The translations under genes were made by a program, and so were the position numbers. From positions 1,205,795 to 1,269,794 of the forward strand of contig OY969417.1 in assembly GCA_963699125.1 (NCBI GenBank): a stretch of DNA of 64,000 bases. The letters are read 5' to 3'. Each line of letters opens with the position of its first letter. The stretch's first letter is position 1. The DNA comes from an uncultured Actinomycetes bacterium (GTDB lineage Bacteria; Actinomycetota; Thermoleophilia; Solirubrobacterales; 70-9). The notes under the pieces are model-generated. The model was not told where the DNA came from, ran no database searches, and saw only the letters and a program-made list of their open reading frames with translations. Shown piece after piece: positions 50,531-59,754 of the stretch.

Positions 50531-51715
50531 CTATGACCCGGGGACTTCGATCACGATCGCGTCGCCCTGGCCGCCGCCGCTGCAGATGGCGGCAACGCCG
50601 AGGCCGCCGCCACGGCGGCCGAGCTCGTGAACCAAAGAGCCGACGATGCGGGCGCCCGAGGCGCCGATCGGGTGGCCGAGCGCGATCGCGCCGCCGTTGA
50701 CGTTGACCCGGTCCTCGTCGACGCCGAGCATCCGCATCGAGTTGAGGGCGACCGAGGCGAAAGCCTCGTTGATCTCCCAGAGGTCGACGTCCTCGGGGCT
50801 CTTGCCGATCTTCTCCAGCGCCTGCTTGGCGGCATTGGCGGGCGTTTTCGCCAGGTAGGGGAAGTCGTCGGCGACGGTGCCGTAGGAGAGCACCCGGGCC
50901 AGCGGCGTGCGTCCTTCGCGCTCGGCCCAATCGGCGGAGACGACGACGATCGCGCCGGCGCCGTCGTTGACGCCGGGCGCGTTGCCGGCGGTGTGGGTCG
51001 CGTCCTCGCCGCCAATCGCCCGCAGGCCGGCCAGCGTCTCGACCGTGGTCTCCGGGCGGATCGCCTCGTCGGCCTCGACCTTGGTCTCGCCCTTGCGAGA
51101 CTTGACGGTGACGGCGGCGATCTCATCCGCGAGCCGGCCGGCGTCGGTCGCCTCGGCGGCGAGCCGGTGCGAGCGCTCGGCGAAGCGGTCCATGTCGGCG
51201 CGGGTGATCTCCAGCTCGTTGGAAACCTCGCTGGCCTCGTTGATCATCTGCTTTTCGGTGAAGGGATTGGTGAGGCCATCGTGGACCATCGCGTCGATCG
51301 TTTCGACGTGGCCCATCCGGTAGCCGAAGCGGGCGCCCGGCAGCAGGTGCGGCGCCTGGCTCATCGACTCCATGCCGCCGGTGACAGCCACCTCGGTGTC
51401 GCCGGCGCGGATCGCCATGTCGGCGATGCCGAGCGAGCGCATCCCCGAGGCGCAGACCTTATTGATCGTCTCCGAGGGCACCTCCTTCGGGATGCCGCCC
51501 TTGATCTGGGCCTGGCGCGAGGGGATCTGCCCCTGGCCGGCCTGCAGGACCTGGCCGTAGACGACCTGCTGGACCTGCTCGGGGTCGACGCCGGAGCGCT
51601 CCAGCGCCGCCTCGATCACGTGACCGCCGAGGTCGGTCGCATCCAGCGAGGAGAGGCTCCCGCTCATCTTGCCGAAGGGGGTGCGCGCGGTTCCGAGGAT
51701 CACTGAGCTGGGCAT
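50531..51715 (-). CDS. acetyl-CoA C-acetyltransferase (thiolase II)
   Basis: Motifs: INKVCASGMRS (active Cys), NVNGGAIALGHPIGASGARI, and CSGGGQG. Confidence 0.93.
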   Translation of the reverse strand: MPSSVILGTARTPFGKMSGSLSSLDATDLGGHVIEAALERSGVDPEQVQQVVYGQVLQAGQGQIPSRQAQIKGGIPKEVPSETINKVCASGMRSLGIADMAIRAGDTEVAVTGGMESMSQAPHLLPGARFGYRMGHVETIDAMVHDGLTNPFTEKQMINEASEVSNELEITRADMDRFAERSHRLAAEATDAGRLADEIAAVTVKSRKGETKVEADEAIRPETTVETLAGLRAIGGEDATHTAGNAPGVNDGAGAIVVVSADWAEREGRTPLARVLSYGTVADDFPYLAKTPANAAKQALEKIGKSPEDVDLWEINEAFASVALNSMRMLGVDEDRVNVNGGAIALGHPIGASGARIVGSLVHELGRRGGGLGVAAICSGGGQGDAIVIEVPGS

Positions 51716-51799
51716 CTACTGCCTTTCTTCTCCGAGGTCGTTGGGTCTGGTTTGCGGGACGTCGAGCCCGCCGGGGACGATAGCGACCGGCCCTCACAG

Positions 51800-51840
51800 C
51801 GTGGTTCCTTTGTCGCCGCCTGAGCGACAAAGGAACCACG
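51800..51840. repeat. CGTGGTTCC-family hairpin (copy 5)
   Basis: CGTGGTTCCTTTGTCGC and GCGACAAAGGAACCACG form a perfect 17-bp stem. It ends 12 nt before the pepA ATG. Confidence 0.9.
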
Positions 51841-51852
51841 GACGAGAAAGGG

Positions 51853-53307
51853 ATGGCCGTAGACTCGCGCCCGATGAAGGTCGATGTAAGGCAGGGGGAG
51901 CTGACGGCGGCAGGCGCCGATCTCGCCGTGGTCGGGCTCTATGAGGGTGAGACGCTGCCGGCGACGGTCGCCGAGATTCCCGGCGCCGACGACGCTCAGG
52001 GCGCTTTCAAGAAACTGCTGCTCCTCCACCCCGAGGCCGGCACCAGGGTTCTGGTCGTCGGGCTCGGCGCCCGCGACGATGCCGACACCGAGCGCCTGCG
52101 CGTCGCCGCGGCGCTGGCGGCGCAGGAGGCGCAACGGCTGGAGCTGGCCTCGCTCGCTTGGATGCTGCCGGAACCCGGCGAGGACGGGGCGGTGGCGGAA
52201 GCGCTGGTGACCGGGACGATCCTCGCCGCCTACCGATTCGACCGCTTTCGCGGCAGCGAGCAGGATGAGCCCCCGCCGCCCTCGATCGAGTCGCTGACGC
52301 TGCTCGGGCCGGAGTCCGTCGCGGCTGCCGCGGAGAGGGCACGGGTCTGCGCCGCAGCCCAGAATCGCGCCCGCGACCTGCAGAGCACCCCCGCCAACGT
52401 GGCCACGCCGAGCTTTCTGGCGGGGCGCGCCGAGGAGATCGCCGAGCGGTACGACGGGGTTTCGGTCGAGGTGCTCGGACCGGAGCAGATCGCCGCCAAG
52501 GGGATGGGCGGCCTGGTCGCGGTGAGTCGCGGCGGTGGTGAGCCGGCGAGGCTGATCGTCCTCCGCTATGCCGGCCGCGACTCCGGGGAGCCCCTCGGCC
52601 TGGTCGGCAAGGGGGTGACCTTCGACAGCGGCGGGATCTCGCTCAAGCCCGGCGCCGGCATGCAAGAGATGAAGATGGACATGTCGGGGGCGGCGGCGGT
52701 GCTGGAGGCGGTGGCGGCGATCGCTGAGCTGGAGCTGCCGATTGACCTCATCGCCGTCGTGCCGGCAACCGAGAACATGCCCTCGGGAAGTGCGATCAAG
52801 CCGGGCGACGTGATCACCCAGTACAACGGCGTCACGGTCGAGGTCAATAACACCGACGCCGAGGGGCGCTTGATCCTCGCCGACGCTCTCGCCTACGCGG
52901 TCGAGCTGGGAGCGACGCCGATCGTCGACGTCGCGACCCTGACCGGCGCCGTCACCATCGCCCTCGGCTCGACCTACGCCGCGCTGGTCTGCAACGACGA
53001 CGACCTCGCCGCCGCGGTCGAAAGGGCGAGCGAGGATAGCGGCGAGCTGGTCTGGCGCCTCCCCCTCCACCCGGAGTTCAAGCAGCTGATGAAGGGCACC
53101 GTCGCCGACCTCTCCAACCTCGCCTCGCAGCGCAAGGCGGGGACGATCACCGCCGCGTCGTTCCTCGAGGAGTTCGTCGCCGAGGTGCCCTGGGCGCACG
53201 TCGACATCGCCGGCACCGCCTGGGACGTCGGCCGCGCCTACACCGGCAAAGACGCGAGTGGCTTCGGCGTCCGCCTGCTGGTCGAGCTGGCGCGGGCGCA
53301 AGGGTAG
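51853..53307 (+). CDS. pepA: leucyl aminopeptidase (M17)
   Basis: Motifs: VGKGVTFDSGGISLKP, NTDAEGRLILAD, and DVATLTGA. Confidence 0.93.
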   Translation: MAVDSRPMKVDVRQGELTAAGADLAVVGLYEGETLPATVAEIPGADDAQGAFKKLLLLHPEAGTRVLVVGLGARDDADTERLRVAAALAAQEAQRLELASLAWMLPEPGEDGAVAEALVTGTILAAYRFDRFRGSEQDEPPPPSIESLTLLGPESVAAAAERARVCAAAQNRARDLQSTPANVATPSFLAGRAEEIAERYDGVSVEVLGPEQIAAKGMGGLVAVSRGGGEPARLIVLRYAGRDSGEPLGLVGKGVTFDSGGISLKPGAGMQEMKMDMSGAAAVLEAVAAIAELELPIDLIAVVPATENMPSGSAIKPGDVITQYNGVTVEVNNTDAEGRLILADALAYAVELGATPIVDVATLTGAVTIALGSTYAALVCNDDDLAAAVERASEDSGELVWRLPLHPEFKQLMKGTVADLSNLASQRKAGTITAASFLEEFVAEVPWAHVDIAGTAWDVGRAYTGKDASGFGVRLLVELARAQG

Positions 53308-53313
53308 CGTCGC

Positions 53314-53417
53314 GAGGAGCGAGTGCCCCTCTCCCAGAGGCCGTTGCGCAGCAGATCGCGTGCCCAGGGTTCGAAGCGTTGGTCCGAGAGCCTCCGGGAG
53401 AGGGGCACTCGCTCCTC
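53314..53417. repeat. palindromic element, family D copy 2
   Basis: The arms GAGGAGCGAGTGCCCCTCTCCC 53314-53335 and 53396-53417 form a perfect 22-bp inverted repeat. The core contains GCCGTTGCGCAGCAGATCGCGTG, as in copy 1. Confidence 0.85.
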
Positions 53418-53426
53418 CCACCACCG

Positions 53427-53999
53427 TTACGCCTCGCCCAGGATCATGCAGGTGGCAGTGCCGTGGGCGAGCAGCTTGCCGTCCTCGGCCGCGGTCAGCT
53501 TCGCCTCCGCGGTCGCCTGCTTGCGACCGCGGTAGAGCACGCTCGCCTCGCAGAGGACCCGGCCGGTGTCGCGGGTGATCGGGCGCACGTACTTGGCCTC
53601 GAGCCCGAGCGAGGTGTAGCCGACGCCGGCCGGCAGCGTGGTGTGGACGGCGCAGCCGAGGGCCGAGTCGAGCAGGGTCGCGGCGTAGCCGCCGTGGACG
53701 ACGCCGATCGGGTTGTAGTGCTCCTCCCCCGGTTCGCCCTCGAAGACGACGCGCCCCTCCTCCAGCTCAACCGGCCGCAGCCGCATCGTCACCGCGATCG
53801 GCGGCGGCGGCACTTCGCCCCTGACGACCGCACTCATGTACTCCATCCCGGTCATCGTCGCGCCGGCGGCCGCGGTCGGGACCGGGTCCTGCCAGACGAG
53901 CGTGCGGCTGCGGGAGGTCTCCGGGCTGGAGGCGGCAAAGGCCTCGGCGACGTCGGCCGCCGTCCCCTCCGCCGCCACCACCACGCCCTCGTCGCTCAT
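53427..53999 (-). CDS. PaaI-type hotdog-fold thioesterase
   Basis: 190-aa ORF with NPIGVVHGGYAATLLDSALGCAV. Confidence 0.82.
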   Translation of the reverse strand: MSDEGVVVAAEGTAADVAEAFAASSPETSRSRTLVWQDPVPTAAAGATMTGMEYMSAVVRGEVPPPPIAVTMRLRPVELEEGRVVFEGEPGEEHYNPIGVVHGGYAATLLDSALGCAVHTTLPAGVGYTSLGLEAKYVRPITRDTGRVLCEASVLYRGRKQATAEAKLTAAEDGKLLAHGTATCMILGEA

Positions 54000-54154
54000 C
54001 GGCTCCAGCCCCGCCTGGCGGCGACGACCGCGCGCTGCACCGGCCGGCTGCCGCTCAGCGGGTAGTGCAGGTCGGCGGTGATCTCCGCCTGGCTTATCGC
54101 GATCCGGGGAGCCACGTCGCGGTGCCGGTTTCGATGTCTCGGGATAAGTCTCAT
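53996..54154 (-). CDS. possible 52-aa leader/small protein coupled to the thioesterase
   Basis: ATG 54154 has GGAGG 8 nt upstream. Its TGA overlaps the thioesterase ATG (ATGA at 53999-53996). No family recognised. Confidence 0.3.
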   Translation of the reverse strand: MRLIPRHRNRHRDVAPRIAISQAEITADLHYPLSGSRPVQRAVVAARRGWSR

Positions 54155-54191
54155 TGCGTCGCCTCCGTTCGGGCCGTAGACATGGGTTTCT

Positions 54192-54239
54192 TCAAGCAAC
54201 TGAATCCTGGGACCAAGCCTATCCGAGTGAGTTGCTTGA
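54192..54239. promoter_or_regulatory. inverted repeat in the thioesterase/hxlR divergent region (candidate operator)
   Basis: TCAAGCAACT 54192-54201 and AGTTGCTTGA 54230-54239 are perfect 10-bp arms, just upstream of the HxlR-type regulator start. Confidence 0.35.
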
Positions 54240-54248
54240 TGCAACCAA

Positions 54249-54752
54249 GTGTGCGAAGATCACACCGTGCTTCGCCGCGACTACCCCGACCAGCTCTGCT
54301 CGATCGCCAAGTCGCTGGAGGTGGTCGGCGAGCGCTGGTCACTGCTGATCGTCCGCGATGTCTTCAACGGCAACCGCCGCTTCGGCGAGATGCAGGCCTC
54401 GCTCGGGGTCGCCCGCAACGTGCTCTCGGCCCGGCTGCAGCGGCTGGTCGACGAGGACATCCTCGAGCGTCGCCGATACCAGGAGAGCCCGGCCCGCTAC
54501 GAGTACTTCCTGACCGAGAAGGGGCTCGACCTCTGGCCGACGCTGATCGCCCTGCTCAACTGGGGTGACCGCTACTCCCCTACCCTCAACGGGCCACCGA
54601 AAGTGATCCTCCACAAGGTCTGCGGCGGCCGCGTCAGCGAGCGCGGCATCTGCGAAAGCTGCGGCAAAGTCCTGCACGCGCGGGACGCGCGGCAGATCCC
54701 CGGGCCCGGCCGGATTGCCGCGCTGGCGGGGGCCGGCGCCGAGTCCGTCTAG
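54249..54752 (+). CDS. HxlR family transcriptional regulator
   Basis: CSIAKSLEVVGERWSLLIVRDVFNGNRRFGEMQASLGVARNVLSARLQRLVDEDILER. The start is GTG 54249 or GTG 54267. Confidence 0.88.
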   Translation: MCEDHTVLRRDYPDQLCSIAKSLEVVGERWSLLIVRDVFNGNRRFGEMQASLGVARNVLSARLQRLVDEDILERRRYQESPARYEYFLTEKGLDLWPTLIALLNWGDRYSPTLNGPPKVILHKVCGGRVSERGICESCGKVLHARDARQIPGPGRIAALAGAGAESV

Positions 54753-55279
54753 CCTTCCTCTCCCTCTTGCTCCTTGCGCTTTCTCTGCACGTCAGCGAGG
54801 ACGATGTACTCCTCGACCATCAGCTGGTCCTTGGGTCGATTGGCGGCCCGCTTCATCGCGATCAGGTCGTCCAGGGAGACGATGCGGACCCCTACGCCCT
54901 CGACCGTCTCCAGCCGCGCGTCCGCGCGCATCGCCTCGTAGGCGCGCATGCCGGCGGCGTCGGCGAGGATGTCGAACGAGCCCCACTCGGTGTCGAAGGT
55001 GAAGTTGGCCCCGTTTTCGAGCGTCCGAGCGTCCGGCGTGAACGGCAGATCGGCGGGAGCCCCGCGCAAGGAGACGCCGATCTCGGTGAGCGCGGCGGCC
55101 AACCGCTTCAGATTGGCCGCATCGCGCGCATAGACGATGTCGAGGTCGTAGGTGGGATAGGACGAGCCATGGGCCAATCCCGCGACGCCACCAATGACGA
55201 TGAACTCGACGCCATGGCGATCAAGCGCCTGCAAGAGCTCTTTGACTTGTAGGGAAGAGCCGAGATCGTCCAATGGCAT
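54749..55279 (-). CDS. minimal nucleotidyltransferase-fold protein (putative toxin/antitoxin-type NTase)
   Basis: 176-aa ORF. IVIGGVAGLAHGSSYPTYDLDIV matches the G[GS]-x(9-13)-D-x-D NTase signature. The C-terminus has LIAMKRAANRPKDQ. It lies 6 nt downstream of an XRE gene. Confidence 0.65.
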   Translation of the reverse strand: MPLDDLGSSLQVKELLQALDRHGVEFIVIGGVAGLAHGSSYPTYDLDIVYARDAANLKRLAAALTEIGVSLRGAPADLPFTPDARTLENGANFTFDTEWGSFDILADAAGMRAYEAMRADARLETVEGVGVRIVSLDDLIAMKRAANRPKDQLMVEEYIVLADVQRKRKEQEGEEG

Positions 55280-55285
55280 GGCTCC

Positions 55286-55612
55286 CTAAGCTGCCCGTTG
55301 GCTGTTCCCGCCCCGGTTGCGGCGCACAAAGTCCGCGAATTCCATGCCACGCCGAACTCGCTGCGCGGGAGTGAAAGCCAAGTTGGATTGGTTGAGCGTG
55401 CGGTCGATCCCGAAATCACGCACCTCGGAGCTCAGCATCAGGTCCTCCCCCAGCAGGTAGAGCAGCTCGCGCAAGGTCTCGATCGAGGGCGAGACGCGGT
55501 CGCGCTCGATGCGCGAGATCGCGGACTGGGTGGTGCCGGCACGAACAGCCAAGCCTTGCTGGCTCACCCCACGTCGCTTACGGGCGTCGCGAAGAAGCTC
55601 TCCTGGACTCAT
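55286..55612 (-). CDS. XRE family helix-turn-helix protein
   Basis: LRDARKRRGVSQQGLAVRAGTTQSAISRIERDRVSPSIETLRELL. Confidence 0.85.
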   Translation of the reverse strand: MSPGELLRDARKRRGVSQQGLAVRAGTTQSAISRIERDRVSPSIETLRELLYLLGEDLMLSSEVRDFGIDRTLNQSNLAFTPAQRVRRGMEFADFVRRNRGGNSQRAA

Positions 55613-55619
55613 AGAAATA

Positions 55620-55655
55620 ATATAGCGTATATGTACTTATCTCTTATATGAGATA
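55620..55655. promoter_or_regulatory. AT-rich palindromes upstream of the XRE-NTase pair (candidate promoter/operator)
   Basis: ATATA-GCG-TATAT at 55620-55632 and TATCTC-TTATAT-GAGATA at 55638-55655, within a strikingly AT-rich 60-bp patch. Confidence 0.45.
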
Positions 55656-55738
55656 GCAGTCCTCGATTCACCCACCGCTCCATCGCGCTAGCGTTTGGCC
55701 GGACGGCCAATCGGGTGAGCGAATCGAGGAGGAGCGGC

Positions 55739-57175
55739 ATGGCGACTGCGGCGGAGCTTCAGGTGCGGGACAGGATCTTCATCGGCGGCGAGTGGGTTGA
55801 GCCGCGGGGCACGGAATCGATCGAGGTGGTCAACTCGACCACGGAGGAGGTGATGGGCTCCGTTCCCGCCTGCTCTGCGGAGGACGCCGACCGCGCCGTC
55901 GCCGCTGCCCGTGAGGCGTTCGACGCCTGGTCGCAGACCTCACGTGAGGAGCGGGCCGGCTACCTCACCGCAATCGCCGCCGGTCTCGGCGAGCGCAGCG
56001 AGGAGATCGCGGCGACGATCTCCCAAGAGATGGGGATGCCGCTGAAATTGAGCCAGATCATCCAGGTCGGTCTGCCGACCAGCCAGTTCGCGGCGATGCC
56101 GCAGCTGATGGAGGAAGTCGCCTGGGAGGAGGAGATCGGCAACTCGCGGGTGCTGCGAGAGCCGATCGGCGTGGTCGGCGCGATCACCCCCTGGAACTAC
56201 CCGCTGAACCAAATCGCCGCCAAGGTCGCCCCCGCCCTCGCCGCCGGCTGCACCGTGGTCCTCAAGCCCAGCGAGGTGACGCCGCTGAACGCCTTCCTCC
56301 TCGCCGAGGTGATCGAGGCCGCCGGCCTCCCCGCCGGCGTCTTCAACCTGGTCACCGGAACCGGACCGGGAGTCGGCGAGGCGATCGCCGCCCACCCGGC
56401 GGTCGACATGGTCTCCTTCACCGGCTCGACCAGGGCCGGCAAGAGGGTCAGCGAGCTGGCCTCGGCGAGCGTGAAGCCGGTGGCGATGGAGCTCGGCGGC
56501 AAGTCGCCCAACGTGATCCTCGACGACGCCGACCTCTCCCAGGCGGTGCCCGACGGCGTCGCCAAGTGCTTCCTCAACTCGGGCCAGACCTGCAGCGCCC
56601 TGACCCGGATGCTGGTCCCGCGCGAGAAGCTGGCCGAGGCCGAGCAGATCGCCGCTGCGACCGCGGAAGCCTTCACCCCCGGCGACCCCTTCGAGGAGTC
56701 GACCCGGCTCGGCCCGCTGGTCTCCGACGTCCAGCGCGAGCGCGTGCGCGGCTACATCCGCAAGGGCGAAGAAGAGGGCGCCAAGCTGGTGACCGGCGGC
56801 GCCGAGCCGCCCGACGGGCTCGACCGCGGCTACTTCGTCCGCCCCACCGTCTTCTCTGAGGTGACGCCGGAGATGACGATCGCCCAGGAGGAGATCTTCG
56901 GCCCGGTGCTGGCTATTCAGCCCCACGACGGCGAGGACGACGCGGTGCGGATCGCCAACGACAGCCCCTACGGCCTCGCCGGCGGCGTCTGGTCGGGCGA
57001 CGAGGGGCGGGCGATCGCGGTCGCCAAGCGCATCCGCACCGGCCAGATCGAGATCAACGGCGGCGCCTTCAACCCGCTGGCGCCGTTCGGCGGCTACGGG
57101 CAGTCGGGGCATGGGCGTGAGAACGGGCGCTACGGGCTCGAGGAGTTGCTCCAGGTCAAGTCTCTTCAGCTGTAG
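55739..57175 (+). CDS. NAD(P)-dependent aldehyde dehydrogenase
   Basis: Motifs: [26 protein letters not shown] (catalytic Cys), and EEIFGPV. ATG 55739 follows GGAGGAG; the track start 55715 is less well supported. Confidence 0.92.
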   Translation: MATAAELQVRDRIFIGGEWVEPRGTESIEVVNSTTEEVMGSVPACSAEDADRAVAAAREAFDAWSQTSREERAGYLTAIAAGLGERSEEIAATISQEMGMPLKLSQIIQVGLPTSQFAAMPQLMEEVAWEEEIGNSRVLREPIGVVGAITPWNYPLNQIAAKVAPALAAGCTVVLKPSEVTPLNAFLLAEVIEAAGLPAGVFNLVTGTGPGVGEAIAAHPAVDMVSFTGSTRAGKRVSELASASVKPVAMELGGKSPNVILDDADLSQAVPDGVAKCFLNSGQTCSALTRMLVPREKLAEAEQIAAATAEAFTPGDPFEESTRLGPLVSDVQRERVRGYIRKGEEEGAKLVTGGAEPPDGLDRGYFVRPTVFSEVTPEMTIAQEEIFGPVLAIQPHDGEDDAVRIANDSPYGLAGGVWSGDEGRAIAVAKRIRTGQIEINGGAFNPLAPFGGYGQSGHGRENGRYGLEELLQVKSLQL

Positions 57176-57184
57176 CGAGGCCGG

Positions 57185-57241
57185 CGTGGGGAGGGTCCTG
57201 CGGGCGGGCCAAACTGGGTCCGTTCTCGGACCCTCCCCACG
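57185..57241. repeat. 14-bp-stem hairpin between the ALDH and ACAD genes
   Basis: CGTGGGGAGGGTCC 57185-57198 pairs perfectly with GGACCCTCCCCACG 57228-57241. It starts 9 nt after the ALDH stop and has no U-tract. Confidence 0.7.
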
Positions 57242-57272
57242 TCGTCCCCACGCAGCGGAATAGGCTGATCGC

Positions 57273-58418
57273 GTGAATTTCGAGCTGAGCGACGAGCAGA
57301 AACTGCTGCGGGACACGGTCCGTGATTTCGCTCGGCAGGAGGTGCGGCCGGTCGCGGAGGAGTTGGATCGGACGAAGGCCTTTCCGTATGAGATCGTCGG
57401 GAAGCTGGGTGGGCTGGGGCTGATGGGGATCCCGTTTCCGCAGGAGTACGGGGGCGGGGGCGCCGACACGCTCTCTTACGTGCTGGCGGTGGAAGAGCTG
57501 GCTCGGGTCGATTCGTCGGTCTGCATCACGATGGCGGCGCACACCTCGCTGGGGACGATGCCGATCTACCTCTGGGGCAGCGTCGAGCAGAAGGACGAGT
57601 GGCTGCCGCGGCTCTGCAGCGGCGAGCGGCTGGCCGCCTTCGGGCTGACCGAGCCGGAGGCGGGCTCCGACGCCGGCAACGTGCGCACCACCGCCAAGCT
57701 CGAGGACGGCGAGTGGGTCGTCAACGGCGCCAAGCAGTTCATCACCAACTCCGGCACCGAGATCTCCGGCTGCGTCTCGATCACCGCGGTCACCGGCGAG
57801 CAGAACGGCCGCAAGGAGATCTCCAACCTGATCGTCCCCACCGGCACCCCCGGCTACGAGGTCGGCGAGCCCTATCGCAAGATGGGCTGGAACGCCTCCG
57901 ACACCCGGCCGCTCTCCTTCGAGGACTGCCGGCTGCCCGAGTCGAGCCTGCTCGGCCGGCGCGGCGACGGCTTCAAGAACTTCCTCCACATCCTGGATGG
58001 AGGCCGGATCGGCGTCGCCGCGATGGGCGTCGGCCTCGCCCAGGGCGCGCTCGACGAGGCGATCGCCTACGCCAAGGAGCGCCAGGCCTTCGGCCAGGCG
58101 ATCGCCAAGTTCCAGTCGATCCAGGCCAAGATCGCCGACCTCTCGGCCCAGATCGAGGCGGCCCGGCTGCTGACCTGGCGGGCGGCACTGGAGAAGGACG
58201 CCGGCCAGTCGTTCACTCTCACCGCCGCCCAGGCGAAGCTGATCACCGGCCGCCTCGCGGTCCGCGCCACCGAGGAGGCGGTCCAGATCCACGGCGGCTA
58301 CGGCTACATCGAGGAGTACCCGGTCTGCCGCTTCTACCGCGACGCCAAGATCCTCACCATCGGCGAGGGCACCGACGAGGTGCAGCAGATGGTGATCGCC
58401 CGCCAGCTCGGCTGCTGA
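57273..58418 (+). CDS. acyl-CoA dehydrogenase
   Basis: Motifs: FGLTEPEAGSDAG, GMGVGLAQGALDEAIAYAKERQAFGQ, and YRDAKILTIGEGTDEVQ. Confidence 0.93.
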   Translation: MNFELSDEQKLLRDTVRDFARQEVRPVAEELDRTKAFPYEIVGKLGGLGLMGIPFPQEYGGGGADTLSYVLAVEELARVDSSVCITMAAHTSLGTMPIYLWGSVEQKDEWLPRLCSGERLAAFGLTEPEAGSDAGNVRTTAKLEDGEWVVNGAKQFITNSGTEISGCVSITAVTGEQNGRKEISNLIVPTGTPGYEVGEPYRKMGWNASDTRPLSFEDCRLPESSLLGRRGDGFKNFLHILDGGRIGVAAMGVGLAQGALDEAIAYAKERQAFGQAIAKFQSIQAKIADLSAQIEAARLLTWRAALEKDAGQSFTLTAAQAKLITGRLAVRATEEAVQIHGGYGYIEEYPVCRFYRDAKILTIGEGTDEVQQMVIARQLGC

Positions 58419-58657
58419 GGACCACCGCGGCCAAGCCTAGCGGCGACGCCGCAACCCGGACATTCGTTGAACTCGCTTGCCTTTCGATATTCGGGACCTA
58501 GTGTGCTCGATTACAAATAAGTACGCAAATAGCTGCAAAAAGGCAAACCTGCCGCGAGGTGGGGACGCAAAGTCAGAGGTCTCGGCGAGTCGCGCGAGAT
58601 GGCTCAACTGCCAGCTTGGTTTCACGACCAGGCTTTTTGTCGTGAGGAGGTTTGCCG

Positions 58658-59287
58658 ATGCATCCCAGTCGAACGCACCTTTTCCGCGCCGCTCCCGCCA
58701 GCTTCGCCGCTGTGGTCGCCATCGCGCTCGCGGCGCTCTTGGCGATCGCCGCTACGGCGCAGGCGGCCTGCCCCTACACGGGCGCCGAGCGGGTCTTCAG
58801 CGCCTGGGGCGATCCCCACTCCTACGTGCTGGCGCCCGACGGCGGCTTCGAGGCCGGCGGCTCCAGCTGGGCGCTGAGCGGCGGCGCGAAGGCGGTCGCC
58901 GGCAATGAGAGCTACTACCTCAACGATCGCGGTGATGCTCGCTCGCTTTCGCTGCCCGCCGGCAGCACCGCCACCAGCCCGCCGATCTGCATGTCGATCG
59001 ACACGCCGATCCTGCGGATGCTCGCCCGCAACACGGGAGACCCGTCCTCGCGACTGCGCGTCGAAGCACGCTACAGCCTCGGGGGCGTGCTCAACACGAA
59101 CGTCGTCAACAACGTCAAAGGCGGGCCCGGCTGGGCGCCGACCCAGGAAATGTCGGTCGTGCTTGGGCTCTCGACGATCGTCGGGACGCTGATCCCCAGC
59201 TCGATCCAGGTGCGGATCAGGCCGCTGGACGACAGAGGCGAGTGGCAGGTCGACGACTTCTACGTCGATCCCTTCGCCCGGCACTAA
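58658..59287 (+). CDS. hypothetical exported protein
   Basis: GAGGAGG lies 7 nt before ATG 58658. The signal peptide ends ATAQAAC. No family recognised. An AT-richer upstream region may be the promoter. Confidence 0.55.
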   Translation: MHPSRTHLFRAAPASFAAVVAIALAALLAIAATAQAACPYTGAERVFSAWGDPHSYVLAPDGGFEAGGSSWALSGGAKAVAGNESYYLNDRGDARSLSLPAGSTATSPPICMSIDTPILRMLARNTGDPSSRLRVEARYSLGGVLNTNVVNNVKGGPGWAPTQEMSVVLGLSTIVGTLIPSSIQVRIRPLDDRGEWQVDDFYVDPFARH

Positions 59288-59349
59288 CCACCCCCAATTG
59301 AAGTGAACGCGGTTCGGGGACGCCGTCTTCGAGCCAGATGCGGCGGCGC

Positions 59350-59754
59350 TCAGCCGCCGGGCGGCGATGCGGTGACGGCGCCCTCGGGCCGGCCGGCGAC
59401 CTCAGCCGCCCGCCCCACCCCCTCGCCGATACCGAAGTGGGCGCAGATCGTCAGCTCGTGCTCGCGCCGCAGTGGCCGGGTCGGGTCGACGACGGGTGCG
59501 GTGGCGAGCGCGGCCCCCTCCTGCGCCACCCAGACGCCGAAGGCGGCGCCCGCGCAGTCCCGCAACGGCACCGCGACCAGCCTGGCGTTGCGGCGCTTAC
59601 CGAGCTTCGCGATCAGCCAAGCGGGTTCGGCGCTGAGGGAATCGAGGAAGAAGCCGTGGACCTCGCCGACCACGGCGCCGTCGACATCCCTCAGCTCGGC
59701 GCCGACCCATTTCCTTGCCTCGGTCGCTGATGGCATCGCCGTCGCCTCAGCCAT
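59350..59754 (-). CDS. PRC-barrel domain protein
   Basis: WVGAELRDVDGAVVGEVHGFFLD...AWLIAKLGKRRNARLVAVPL fits the PRC-barrel pattern. The start is uncertain (ATG 59754 or 59736) and overlaps or abuts the meaB stop. Confidence 0.55.
   Translation of the reverse strand: MAEATAMPSATEARKWVGAELRDVDGAVVGEVHGFFLDSLSAEPAWLIAKLGKRRNARLVAVPLRDCAGAAFGVWVAQEGAALATAPVVDPTRPLRREHELTICAHFGIGEGVGRAAEVAGRPEGAVTASPPGG

Noticed and set aside
51700-53424. 574-aa minus-strand ORF
   Set aside because: It is antisense to pepA, which carries clear M17 motifs, and it has typical GC-artefact composition.
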